DNA from: an uncultured delta proteobacterium
GTDB taxonomy: Bacteria; Myxococcota_A; UBA9160; UBA4427
Assembly: GCA_963822965.1 (NCBI GenBank)
Contig: CAWGJT010000014.1
Span: 416,001 to 480,000, forward strand
DNA length: 64,000 bases
Reading direction: 5' to 3'
The notes beneath the pieces are model-generated. The model was not told where the DNA came from, made no database searches, and saw only the letters and a program-made list of their open reading frames with translations. Position numbers and translations under genes: made by a program. Every line of letters begins with the position of its first letter. Within the stretch, counting starts at the first letter, position 1. Of the stretch, positions 51,301 to 60,981 are shown piece by piece.

Positions 51301-52443
51301 GTGGCGCAGACGGCCCGGATCCGGGATGGCGTGCGGGTGTGGTGGTTGATCCTCGGCCTGGCCTGCTGGGCGCCCCTGGCGGCAGGATCGGACGGATTCG
51401 AGCCTGCCGACAGGAGCTCGTGGGAGCTGCCCAACGCCGATCTCTACGGCGTGGACGCCCGGGGAGACACGGTCCTGGCGGTCGGCTACTGGGGAACCGT
51501 CCTGCGCTCCGTGGACGGTGGCCAGGTATGGTCGCATCAACCCACTCCCACGAACGAAACCCTCTACGCGGTCTCCCTGGGCGACGAGAGGCGGGCCTGG
51601 GCCGTGGGCGCCGCCGGCACCATCCTCTATTCGCAGGACGGGGGTGTCAGCTGGGTCCCCGTCGACGTCCTGGTGCCGGCGGACGAGTTCCAGGACACCC
51701 ACGCGCTCGACTCGCCGCTCTTCGACGTCTCGGCGGTATCGGCGACCGAGGCCTGGGCAGTGGGGGATTTTGGACTCGTTCTTCACACCCGGAACGGTAC
51801 CCAGTGGGAGGTCGTCCGGATCCCGCCCGAGGACTTCGCGGACGAGAACATCCCCGACCGGATCCTCAACGGGGTCGACTTCCTGGATCGTGACCGCGGC
51901 TGGATCGTCGGGGAGTTCGGAACCACCCTCCGGACGTCCGACGGAGGCGCGACCTGGACCGGTGAGCGGACCTTCACGGGAGCCGTGGAGGACGTCTACC
52001 TGATGGACGTGGCCGCGGGCGGGGAAGGACGCGCCGTCGCCGGCGGAACCGGCGGGGTGGTGCTCCAGACCACGGACGGCGGCGCGGACTGGAAGGCGGC
52101 GAAGCTCCCGACGACGGCCGGCCTCTTCGGGGCCGCGTGGCGAAGCCCGGCCGCGCTTCTGGTCGGCGACCGCGGGGTGATGTTCTTCAGCGCCGACGAC
52201 GGCCAGAGCTGGGACGAAGCCGCCCACCCGCGGCTGTTCAACTGGCTTCGCGACGTGGTGCTCGCGTCGGACGCGCGCGCCTACGCGGTGGGTCAGAACG
52301 GCCTTATTCTCCGCTCCTCGGATGGGGGGCTGTCCTGGGAGCAGGCCGCCGGCGCCGAGCCTCCCCCGCTCGACGGGATATCCTCACCCGGAGGGCCGTC
52401 CAACCCACCGGCAGTCGAGCCCAAAGGCAATCAGCAGGACTGA
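51301..52443 (+). CDS. YCF48/BNR-repeat beta-propeller protein
   Basis: GAGGAGG RBS; repeated AVGxxGxxL(R/Y)SxDGGxxW Asp-boxes. Confidence 0.9.
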   Translation: MAQTARIRDGVRVWWLILGLACWAPLAAGSDGFEPADRSSWELPNADLYGVDARGDTVLAVGYWGTVLRSVDGGQVWSHQPTPTNETLYAVSLGDERRAWAVGAAGTILYSQDGGVSWVPVDVLVPADEFQDTHALDSPLFDVSAVSATEAWAVGDFGLVLHTRNGTQWEVVRIPPEDFADENIPDRILNGVDFLDRDRGWIVGEFGTTLRTSDGGATWTGERTFTGAVEDVYLMDVAAGGEGRAVAGGTGGVVLQTTDGGADWKAAKLPTTAGLFGAAWRSPAALLVGDRGVMFFSADDGQSWDEAAHPRLFNWLRDVVLASDARAYAVGQNGLILRSSDGGLSWEQAAGAEPPPLDGISSPGGPSNPPAVEPKGNQQD

Positions 52444-52513
52444 CCGGGACCGACGTCACCCGCCGGACCGCGTCAGCGCGATGCAACCGGCCAACGGATC
52501 CAAGAGGGCATGA

Positions 52514-55500
52514 ATGGATGAGCTGAGTCTCCGGTTCTCGCGCTTCTTCATCCGACATCGCAGGGTCAATCTCATTCTCATCGGTGCTGCCACCGCGTAC
52601 TTCGGTTGGCAAGCCCTGCATCTCCAGGTCTTCAGCCAGTTCATCGACCTGCTGCCCCGCAACCACCCGTACATCCAGGTCTACGAGAACTACAACCGGC
52701 AGTTCGGCAGCGCCAACATCGTCACGGCCGCGATCGTCGCCAACGAGGGCACGATCTACGACGAAGGGGTCCTCGAGAAGATCTACGGCTTCACGGACCA
52801 GATCGACAAGATCGACGGCGTCGACCACGGCCAGGTCTCTTCGATCACGAGCATCGGCATCCGCAACCAGGAGGTCGATCGGGAAGGCGTCCTGCGATCC
52901 CAGCAGATCGTGGGGGAGGAGGCGCTGGCGCTCCTCGAAGCGCAGTTCTTCACCCGGCGCGCGATTCACCGGATGCCGCCGGACAAAGTCCCCACCACGC
53001 TCGAAGACTTCAAGAAGGCGGTCGCCGACCGGAAGGCCGAGCTCGTGCTGCAGCTCGCGGACTCGAGCGCGCTGCGGCTCGAGAAGATGGAGGACCAGGA
53101 GAAGGCCGCAAAGATTCAGGCGCTCCGGGAGGAGGCCGCGGAGCTCGAGTTCCTCTCGCTGCGTCTGGGAGAGCTCCCGAAGGGCTACCACCTCGACGGC
53201 GAGGAGCTGGACGGTCCCGAGGGAACCCTGATTCCCAAGGCCATGATGCAGGCGCTGCCGGACCGGATCCACCAGAACAAGCAGGTGTACGGCCGACTCG
53301 TCTCCCTCGACGACTCGGCGGCGCTGGTGTCGGCCGGCTTCCTCGAAGGTCGGCTGGACTACGAGTCGATCTTCAACCGGATCTACAAGCTCAAGACCGA
53401 GCTGGAGGCCGACGGAAAGGTCGTCGTCCACCTCACCGGGCAGCCCATCCTCATCGGCTGGACCTTCTTCTACGCCGTCGAGATCGTCCTGATCCTGCTC
53501 CTGAGCCTCGGGATTCTGGTGGTCCTGCTGGGGGTCTACTTCCGCCACTGGTACGGCATCGTGATGCCGCTATCGGGCGCGATCGTGTCGGCCATCTGGG
53601 GTCTCGGCTTCATCTCCATCATGGGGTACCAGCTCGAGCCCCTGGTCCTCGTGATCCCGATGCTGATCACCGCGCGGGCCGTGTCGCACTCGGTCCAGTT
53701 CGTCGAGCGCTTCTACGAGGAGTACGAACGGCTCGAGAACAAGGAGGAAGCGGTCATCACCTCCATGGCCGAGCTGCTGCTCCCCGGCACCCTGGCCATC
53801 GTCACGGACGCGTTCGGCATCCTGGTGATCGGCGTCTCGTCGATCGCCCTGATGAAGAAGGTCGCGATCTTCGGCGCCTTCTGGGCGCTCTCGATCGCCG
53901 TCACCGAGATGCTGCTGAACCGGCTGCTGATCGTGTACTTCCCTGCCCCGAAGCACTTCAAGCACTACACGCCGCCCGCGGTCCGGAACTTCCTGCGGCA
54001 CACCGCCCGGATCGCCACCGGCGAGCGCTCCGCCCGCATCATTCTGGTCGTGTGGCTGATCGTGGTGAGCTCGAGCTTCTTCGCCGCGTACCAGGTGAAG
54101 GTCGGGGAGTCGCGCCCGGGCACGCCGATCCTCTGGGACGACAGCGAGTTCAACCAGTCGGCCCGGGTCATCAGCAGCAAGTTCTTCGGCGCGGACGACT
54201 TCATGGTCATCGTCGAGACCGAGGAGCCACAGGGAATCCACCGCCCGGAGGTGATGCGGGAGATCGAAGCCTTCCAGCGCTACATGGAGCAGGACCCGAA
54301 GGTCGGGGGATCGATCTCGATCGTGGACTTCCTGAAGGCGATCAACCGGACCTTCCACAACGGCGATCCGCGCTGGTTCCGGGTGCCCTCCACCGACCAG
54401 GAGATCGGCGGTCTGCTCTATCTCTACGAGGCCGGCTCCCCGGACCCCCGGATCCTGAATCCGTATCGCGATCAGGAGGCGCGCAACGCCGCCATCCGCA
54501 TCTTCTACGCGGACCATCAGGGCGACACGATCCGGGCCGCCGTCGATCGCTCGAACGAGTACATCGAGAAGAACCCGACGGGGAAGATCTCGATTCGTCT
54601 CTCCACCGACCGGAAGGGCTTCGTCGGCGAGCTGCTCAAGCGCCTCGGTCCGTTGATTCCGCCGCCACGAGCGGAGCTCGAGGTTCGGATTCGCGAACCC
54701 GACGGCCACTACGAGCGACAGGAGGTGACCCATCCGGACCGGCGGGAGCCGCCCCCGGACGACTCCGCCGCGTGGATCCTGACGCTGCCGCGCATGACCA
54801 AGGAGCTGGCGGACGTCCTCGTCGAGTCCGGCTTCGATACGGTCCAGAAGATCGCCGACGCCGACCTCGAGAAGCTCGCGGACGTCGAAGGCTACGACCT
54901 GGTGACCGCCTACGCGCTCCAGAAGGCGGCCCAGGACGACCGTCGCCACTACACGGTTCGTGCCGAATGGTCCTACCAGGGCGACGGCGGCGAAATCCAG
55001 GCCCAGATCCGGAGCCGCGGCCTCTACGAGGCGGACGAGCTCTGGGTGAAATATCACGGGGGCTCCTGGGAGCGACGGAAGTCGAGCAACTGGGCCGAGG
55101 GCCCGAGCTACGCGTTGGCGTCGGGCCTGATGGGCGTTCTCGCCGCGAGCAACGACGAGGTCGAGGGGAGCAACAACGCGACGCTGATCGCCTCGTTCGC
55201 GACGGTCTTCGTCGTCATCCTGCTGTCGTATCGGTCGCTGTCGATCGGGCTCCTGCTGATCACGTCCCTGGGCTCGGCCGCGCTGGTCTCCCTGGCATTC
55301 ATGTACTTCGCCAAGATCGGTTTCGACGTGAACACCCTCCCCGTCCAGGCGCTGGGCGTGGGGGTGGGGGTCGACTATGCGTTATACATCATGGACCGCG
55401 TGGTCCATGAGAGGAAACGCGGGCACGACCTCCAGGAGGCCGTCTCGATCGCCATCCAGACGACGGGGATGGCCGTCTTCTTCACCGGCTCGACCCTCGT

Positions 55501-55741
55501 CGGAGGAATCATCTTCTGGTACTTCATCAGCAGTCTGCGCTTCGCGGCCGACATGAGCCTGCTCCTGTCGATCCTGCTGCTGGCGAACATGATCGGCGCG
55601 ATCCTCGTCGTGCCGGCCTTCACCACCGTCTTCAAGCCGCGCTTCGCGCAGGCCGTCGGCGACGCCCAGGTGGTGGAGCGGGAAGAGCGGAAGGCAGCCC
55701 GCGCCGCGGCGAAGGAGCAGGCGAGGGAGCAGAAGGAGTGA
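52514..55741 (+). CDS. MMPL/RND-superfamily transporter with large periplasmic insertions
   Basis: DLLPRNHPY, FGSAN, ITARAVSHSVQF.ERF.EE, VTDAFG, GVGVGVDYALY..DR; 12-TM duplicated topology. Confidence 0.92.
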   Translation: MDELSLRFSRFFIRHRRVNLILIGAATAYFGWQALHLQVFSQFIDLLPRNHPYIQVYENYNRQFGSANIVTAAIVANEGTIYDEGVLEKIYGFTDQIDKIDGVDHGQVSSITSIGIRNQEVDREGVLRSQQIVGEEALALLEAQFFTRRAIHRMPPDKVPTTLEDFKKAVADRKAELVLQLADSSALRLEKMEDQEKAAKIQALREEAAELEFLSLRLGELPKGYHLDGEELDGPEGTLIPKAMMQALPDRIHQNKQVYGRLVSLDDSAALVSAGFLEGRLDYESIFNRIYKLKTELEADGKVVVHLTGQPILIGWTFFYAVEIVLILLLSLGILVVLLGVYFRHWYGIVMPLSGAIVSAIWGLGFISIMGYQLEPLVLVIPMLITARAVSHSVQFVERFYEEYERLENKEEAVITSMAELLLPGTLAIVTDAFGILVIGVSSIALMKKVAIFGAFWALSIAVTEMLLNRLLIVYFPAPKHFKHYTPPAVRNFLRHTARIATGERSARIILVVWLIVVSSSFFAAYQVKVGESRPGTPILWDDSEFNQSARVISSKFFGADDFMVIVETEEPQGIHRPEVMREIEAFQRYMEQDPKVGGSISIVDFLKAINRTFHNGDPRWFRVPSTDQEIGGLLYLYEAGSPDPRILNPYRDQEARNAAIRIFYADHQGDTIRAAVDRSNEYIEKNPTGKISIRLSTDRKGFVGELLKRLGPLIPPPRAELEVRIREPDGHYERQEVTHPDRREPPPDDSAAWILTLPRMTKELADVLVESGFDTVQKIADADLEKLADVEGYDLVTAYALQKAAQDDRRHYTVRAEWSYQGDGGEIQAQIRSRGLYEADELWVKYHGGSWERRKSSNWAEGPSYALASGLMGVLAASNDEVEGSNNATLIASFATVFVVILLSYRSLSIGLLLITSLGSAALVSLAFMYFAKIGFDVNTLPVQALGVGVGVDYALYIMDRVVHERKRGHDLQEAVSIAIQTTGMAVFFTGSTLVGGIIFWYFISSLRFAADMSLLLSILLLANMIGAILVVPAFTTVFKPRFAQAVGDAQVVEREERKAARAAAKEQAREQKE

Positions 55742-56472
55742 TCGTCCGGCGCCTCCGGGTGCTCGGCCTGTCGCTCGGGCTCCTGCTGGGGGTCGCCGGC
55801 TGCCAGCCCGAAGCGCCCGCTACACCGCCCGCGCAGAGCCAGGCGATGGCGGAGTACTTCCCCATGGTGGAGAACGGCCGCTGGCTCTACTCGGTGCGAG
55901 CGAGCGTGGGGCAGTTCGAGATGGAGGTGACCGGGCGCGGCGAGCTTGCGCTCCCCGGCCGCGACGAGCGGGTCTTCGTGATGGACGAGCGCAACCTGGG
56001 CCGAAGCCTGGGCTTCGCGGTCGTCGCCCCCGTCGGCTACGTGAAGCAGGGCGGCTACGTGGCCCGCGTCTCGGGCGTCGACTACGTGGGTTCGGACCCG
56101 GGATCCGGCGAGCTCCTGCTGCTCGGGCGCTACGAGCCGACCTGGATGTTCCCGGTGGATCCGAAGCCCGGTCAGACCTGGGCGCAGGAGACCGACATGT
56201 TCGGCAACGCCGAGAGCGAAGGCGCGCGGCTGGGCTGGAGCGGGGAGATCCGGCCGCTCACGAAGCTCGAAGTTCCGGCGGGCGTGTTCGAGGACGTTCT
56301 CGAGGTCGAGACCCAATATCGAGACGCCGCGGAGCCGACTCCCGAGCCGAAGGTGATCTACCGCGACTACTACGCCCGAGGCGTCGGGCTCATCCGGAGC
56401 GTGACGGAGGATCCCTCGGGCGATCCGTCGAACCGGATCGAGCAGGTGCTGCTCGAGTACTCGATCCCCTGA
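55738..56472 (+). CDS. Hypothetical lipoprotein (PAG...YAxGVG family)
   Basis: VAGC lipobox, YFPM..G.W.Y, EVPAGVFEDVL, YYARGVGLIR; GTG overlaps MMPL stop. Confidence 0.78.
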   Translation: MIVRRLRVLGLSLGLLLGVAGCQPEAPATPPAQSQAMAEYFPMVENGRWLYSVRASVGQFEMEVTGRGELALPGRDERVFVMDERNLGRSLGFAVVAPVGYVKQGGYVARVSGVDYVGSDPGSGELLLLGRYEPTWMFPVDPKPGQTWAQETDMFGNAESEGARLGWSGEIRPLTKLEVPAGVFEDVLEVETQYRDAAEPTPEPKVIYRDYYARGVGLIRSVTEDPSGDPSNRIEQVLLEYSIP

Positions 56473-56537
56473 CGGGTCGCTCTGCGGATCGGCTCGATCA
56501 CGGCCTGCCCGTGCCTCCCGAGACGAGGGGAGAACGC

Positions 56538-57356
56538 GTGACGAGAGCCCGCCTGGTCCTGTTGCTGTGGGTGGGTGTCTCGATGGTGGCGGCCGACTGC
56601 GGCCGGGAGCGTCTCCTGCCGCGGCCCGAGCCACTGCCGGCGCTCGAGGGCGCGGATCTCGGCCCGTGGGAGGAGCGGAAGCTCGACGACATCCGCCGCT
56701 TCCTGCCGCCCGACGAGCAGCTGGTGCTCGAGCAGACGCTCGTGAATCTCGAGACCGATTCGCGTCTGCCGCAGGACGAGACCCGGGCCGCCCTGAAGCG
56801 CGCGCTCTCCGGGCTGCCGGCGTCGGCGGGCTTCTGCGAGCGCCTGCGCGAGGAGCTGCGACCGCTCGAGCTCGTGGGGAGCCCGGTCGCGGAGCCGCCC
56901 GCACGGGTCGGAACCGCGGTTCCGATCGCGTTCGCGCACGACAAGTGGCTCAGCCCGGCCGGCCGGAGCCGCTACCCCGAGCCGCTGGACCTGGCGCGCG
57001 CGATCCGGGACGGTGAGCTCGTCGCCGGCGCCTTCGCGCCCGACGCGCCCATCATCGACGCGGACTCGCCGCTCTTCCTCACGGATGCGGCCGAGCTGAG
57101 CCAGCGGACGCCCACTCCCGCGCAGGGGCTCTGCCTCACCGGACCCCCTTCGCCGAGCTACGTCGTGGTGACACTGGGAAGTGACGAGCTGGGCTCTCCG
57201 CTGCGCATTCCGACCGCGGCCGACGCCGTCTGCCGCCCCAACTTCGTGCTCCCGCCCGCGGGGGCGAAGCGCGGTCGCACGTGCGCTGGGCTCTCTCAGT
57301 ACGTGACGTCTCCGCAGACGTTGGCGAAGGTGCGAGAGTTCCGACTGTCCCGTTGA
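56538..57356 (+). CDS. Hypothetical lipoprotein
   Basis: GAGGGGAG RBS, hydrophobic N-terminus ending VAADC. Confidence 0.68.
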   Translation: MTRARLVLLLWVGVSMVAADCGRERLLPRPEPLPALEGADLGPWEERKLDDIRRFLPPDEQLVLEQTLVNLETDSRLPQDETRAALKRALSGLPASAGFCERLREELRPLELVGSPVAEPPARVGTAVPIAFAHDKWLSPAGRSRYPEPLDLARAIRDGELVAGAFAPDAPIIDADSPLFLTDAAELSQRTPTPAQGLCLTGPPSPSYVVVTLGSDELGSPLRIPTAADAVCRPNFVLPPAGAKRGRTCAGLSQYVTSPQTLAKVREFRLSR

Positions 57357-57415
57357 GTCCCAGCGAGCGGTGCGGGGTAGCGCTGCGCCCGGCGGGCGGG
57401 CGATCATCGGCCGCG

Positions 57416-58549
57416 ATGATGAGGGGGGATTTCAGCAGGTCGTCGTGGCCCTTCTGGGTGCTGGTCTCGCTGCTCATCCATGCGGTGCTCCTGCTCTGCT
57501 TCCTCATCTGGGGCAGCTCCCTGTTTCCCAAGCCCAAGGTCCGGGAGACCGTGATTCCCATCACCCTCACGCGAGCGGAGCCGGATGCGGGTGCGGAGTA
57601 CGAGCTGTCGCCCGAGATCCTGCACTTCCGCAAGAAGACCCACCCGCGCGTGCGCGAGGCGCTCGCCGTCGAGAGCGACGTGCGCGCGCTCGCCCCCCCG
57701 CCGCAAGACGTGCAGCTCACCCGGGAGGCCAGCGGCGGGGGCTTCTCGTTCAAGCTCGGCAGCTCCGGCACCCGTGGCTTCGTCTTCGGAGGTACCCACG
57801 GCGGCCTCGCTGCCACCGGGGCCGGCGGCGGCAACAGCAAGGGCGAGTTCGGCACCTTCGAGGAGTACGTGGGCGGTCTCCGGCAGGTCGGTCTCGAGGT
57901 GGTGTTCGTGATCGACGCCACGGGGTCCATGGGCTGGCTCATCCAGAGCGTGAAGGAACGGGTGCGGACCCTGTCCGAATGGATCCGCGAGCTGGTCCCG
58001 GTGACCCGCTTCGGCGTGGTGGCCTATCGCGACGACGACGACCCGGAGTTCCTCACCCGCGTCCAGCCATTGACGCTCAGCGTCGGGAAGCTGCGTGGGT
58101 TCCTGGACGATCTCGAAGCACGAGGCGGAGGCGACGTGCCCGAGGGTGTGACCGCCGGCCTGCGAGCCGCCATCGAGAAGGCCGGTTGGACCCGCGATAC
58201 CAAGAAGGTCATCGTGATCATCGGGGACGCGCCCCCGCACCCGGAGGAGATGCCGGAGGCGCTCGCCCTGGCCCGCGACTTCCACGCGCGCGGCGGATCC
58301 GTGACCACCGTGGACGTCAGCTTCGACGCCAACCCCGAGATCGCCGCGGCCCAGCTCGGCAAGCGCGTCGACCAGCTCTCCACCGTCGGTGATCGCGGCG
58401 TCATGCCGCAGTTCCAGCAGATCGCTGCGGCGGGAGGCGGCGACGCGTCGAGCCTGGAGGGCGACGTCGAGGTCGTGCGGCAGCTGGCCGTACTGATCTT
58501 CGGAAAGCGGTGGGCGGAGGCCGTGGAGCCCCTGCTGGGCGACCTTTGA
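57416..58549 (+). CDS. Membrane-anchored VWA-domain protein
   Basis: TM with SLLIH, Gly-rich linker, VFVIDATGSMG MIDAS, GGGDVPE, IGDAPPH. Confidence 0.88.
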   Translation: MMRGDFSRSSWPFWVLVSLLIHAVLLLCFLIWGSSLFPKPKVRETVIPITLTRAEPDAGAEYELSPEILHFRKKTHPRVREALAVESDVRALAPPPQDVQLTREASGGGFSFKLGSSGTRGFVFGGTHGGLAATGAGGGNSKGEFGTFEEYVGGLRQVGLEVVFVIDATGSMGWLIQSVKERVRTLSEWIRELVPVTRFGVVAYRDDDDPEFLTRVQPLTLSVGKLRGFLDDLEARGGGDVPEGVTAGLRAAIEKAGWTRDTKKVIVIIGDAPPHPEEMPEALALARDFHARGGSVTTVDVSFDANPEIAAAQLGKRVDQLSTVGDRGVMPQFQQIAAAGGGDASSLEGDVEVVRQLAVLIFGKRWAEAVEPLLGDL

Positions 58550-60909
58550 GGGCAGGGCGCCCGAAACGCCGCGGGGGGAGCGGGGCGATGGTCCTGTGCT
58601 CGCTGCTCGCGCTCGTGGCGGCGGCGAGGCCGGGACTGGCGGCCCCCGCACCGGACTGGCCGGCGCTCTCCACCGCCGCCACGGGTGCCACCGACGAAGC
58701 CGCCGTCGCGAAGGTCGCCCGGGACCTCGAGGCACGCCTTCCGGTCGCCCCGGGCGACAGCACCGCCGCCGACCTCGAGGGGGCCTCCCGCGTCTTCGGG
58801 GAGCTCGTCGCCCGCGGCCAGGATCTGGAGCTCGCCCCGGGCGTGCTCGAGGAGCTGGTGGCGCTCGGGGCACGCCTGGGCGAGCGCGTGAAGGCGCGGC
58901 AGGCATTCGTCGAAGCGCAGGCCGGGGACGACGAGGCGAAGCTCGCTTCGCTCTACCGCTCGGACGCCTGGCGCGGCTTGAGCGGCAGTGCCGTCGAGGT
59001 GAGCTTCTGGCTGGGGTGGGCGCAGCTCGCGCGCGTCGACCGGGGCCTCGACGATCCGGAGCGCGCCGCGGCGTTGGCCGAAGCGGAGAGGGACTTCGCG
59101 CGAGCGGCTCGCGCCCTGGCATTCCCCGACCGGGCCGTCCGCAGTCTGCTGGGCCTCGGAATCGCGCGCCGCGAACGGGGCGACCTCGAAGGTGCGCGCC
59201 AGAGCTTCGAGCGGCTGCGGGCACAGCGCGCCATGCGCTCCGACCCGGCGCTGGCCAACCGCCTGCGCTACGAGCTGGCGCTCACGGAGATCGACGCGCT
59301 GGACATGTCCGCGGGCCAGAAGCTGGCCGACGAGCTCGCGAAGGCGAACGCCATCACCCCGTCGCAGCAGCTCGCCCTCGAGGCACGACAGGTGCGCGCC
59401 TGGCTCCGGATCGCGCGGGAGCAGAGCGGCGACCGCTCCGAGCAGGCCGCCGGGGAGGCGGCGAAGCTCCTGCGCTCGCTGCTCTCCCGCGGCGGCCGGG
59501 ACGCGGACGTGGCGGCTCGGCTGATCGCCCGCTACGCGAGCGACCTCGCCGGACGGGATCTCGGCGCCCTGGGCGCACTGCTCGAGGCCGACCGCGCCTT
59601 CCAGGCGGGGGACTGCGAGCGGGCGCTCGCGTCGTATTCGCTGGCGCTCCAGGCGAAGCTCCCCGCCGAGGTGGACGTTCCCCAGGCGCGTCTGCGGGCG
59701 GCCTGGTGCAAGAGCCGCACGGGTCGCAGCGAACAGGCGATGCAGGACCTGGAAGCGCTTCTCGCGGGCGGCCTGGCCGGGGAGCAGCGCGCGGATGCCG
59801 CCCGGCTGCTGCAGTCCCTGGCGGAGTCGGCCTATCGCTCGAGCCAGCGGGAGAAGGACCTGGCGCGGGTGAACCGCGCCGCCCGCATCCTGCTGGAGAC
59901 CGCGCCCGAAGGCGCGGGGGCGGACCTCGCGCGCTATCGCGAGGCGAGCGATCTCGCCGCCCGGGGCCGTACCGACGCTGCGCTCGACCGGCTCGGGAAG
60001 ATCGCGAGCGACAGCGAGAGCTACCCAGCGGCCCTCACCCTGCGGATCCGCCTCGAGGCGAGGAGGCTCGAGAAGAAGCGGCGCGCCGCCGGCCCCCGGA
60101 ATGCGGCGGTGCGCGCTGCCGCGAAGGAGCTCGCCCGCAGCCTGGACGAGGCGAGCGAGCTGCGGGCCCGCGGCGAGCTGCCGCCCGACTCGGAGCAGGA
60201 GGCCACGATGGCGGCCATCCGATGCGAGGCCGCCTGGCTGGCGGGCGAGGACCTGGCGTCCGTGGAGCGCCGGATCGCAGACGCACGTCGCCACGAGGGC
60301 CTGACGGAGGCAGCCCGGCTGGAGATCCTCGGGGTCGAGATCTCCGCCCTCGCCGCCGCGCAGGAGATCCCTCGGCTGGTGGCCCTCCTCGAAGCTCGGA
60401 ACGACGACACCCTGGCCCGGGAGCTTCCCGTGTGGCAGGAGCGTCTTCCGGATCTGGCAGCGAATGCGAAGGCGACCGCCGCTCTCCCCGAGATCTATGC
60501 GCGTCTGCTCGAGGTCGCGCCGGCGTCGGCCCGGGGCGAGCTTCGCCTCGGTCGCATCGACGCGCTTCGCCGCGCCGGGCGCGGCCCGGAGGCCGTGACG
60601 CTCGCGCGCGAGCTCACGAAGGACGAGCCGGAGTGGGGCGACGCCTGGGTGGCCCTGGCGCGAAGCCTCGACGCCACGGGCGACCGCGACGCGGCAGCGG
60701 AGGTCTGGCGACGGGTCGGCGGCGGCGCCAGTCCCGGGAGTCACTCGTGGTGGGAGGCCCGGCTCGGTCTCTACGATGCGGCCCTTGCGGGCCCCGAGCC
60801 GGAGAAGGCCTGCGGCTGGCTCGAAGCGGGCAAGGAGCTGCCCCCGGCACCGGGGCTCGAGAGCCGGATCGAGAAGGCGAGGGCGCGCTGCAGCGCGTCT
60901 CCGGGATGA
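58546..60909 (+). CDS. Secreted TPR-like alpha-helical repeat protein
   Basis: Signal peptide, repeated helix pairs (LLGLGIARRERGDLEGARQSFE; ARLRAAWC...G..EQA; WWEARL); start 58546 (TTG) or 58588 (ATG). Confidence 0.75.
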   Translation: MRAGRPKRRGGSGAMVLCSLLALVAAARPGLAAPAPDWPALSTAATGATDEAAVAKVARDLEARLPVAPGDSTAADLEGASRVFGELVARGQDLELAPGVLEELVALGARLGERVKARQAFVEAQAGDDEAKLASLYRSDAWRGLSGSAVEVSFWLGWAQLARVDRGLDDPERAAALAEAERDFARAARALAFPDRAVRSLLGLGIARRERGDLEGARQSFERLRAQRAMRSDPALANRLRYELALTEIDALDMSAGQKLADELAKANAITPSQQLALEARQVRAWLRIAREQSGDRSEQAAGEAAKLLRSLLSRGGRDADVAARLIARYASDLAGRDLGALGALLEADRAFQAGDCERALASYSLALQAKLPAEVDVPQARLRAAWCKSRTGRSEQAMQDLEALLAGGLAGEQRADAARLLQSLAESAYRSSQREKDLARVNRAARILLETAPEGAGADLARYREASDLAARGRTDAALDRLGKIASDSESYPAALTLRIRLEARRLEKKRRAAGPRNAAVRAAAKELARSLDEASELRARGELPPDSEQEATMAAIRCEAAWLAGEDLASVERRIADARRHEGLTEAARLEILGVEISALAAAQEIPRLVALLEARNDDTLARELPVWQERLPDLAANAKATAALPEIYARLLEVAPASARGELRLGRIDALRRAGRGPEAVTLARELTKDEPEWGDAWVALARSLDATGDRDAAAEVWRRVGGGASPGSHSWWEARLGLYDAALAGPEPEKACGWLEAGKELPPAPGLESRIEKARARCSASPG

Positions 60910-60981
60910 AGCGCTGGGCCGGGGCTGCCGCGATCCGGGTGCGATAGCCTCCCGGCCCGCGGGTCTTCGAAGGAGACATGG

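Noticed and set aside
49726..52227. 833-aa version of the DUF1329 gene
   Set aside because: The extension is antisense to YCF48; the signal peptide and RBS place the start at 51081
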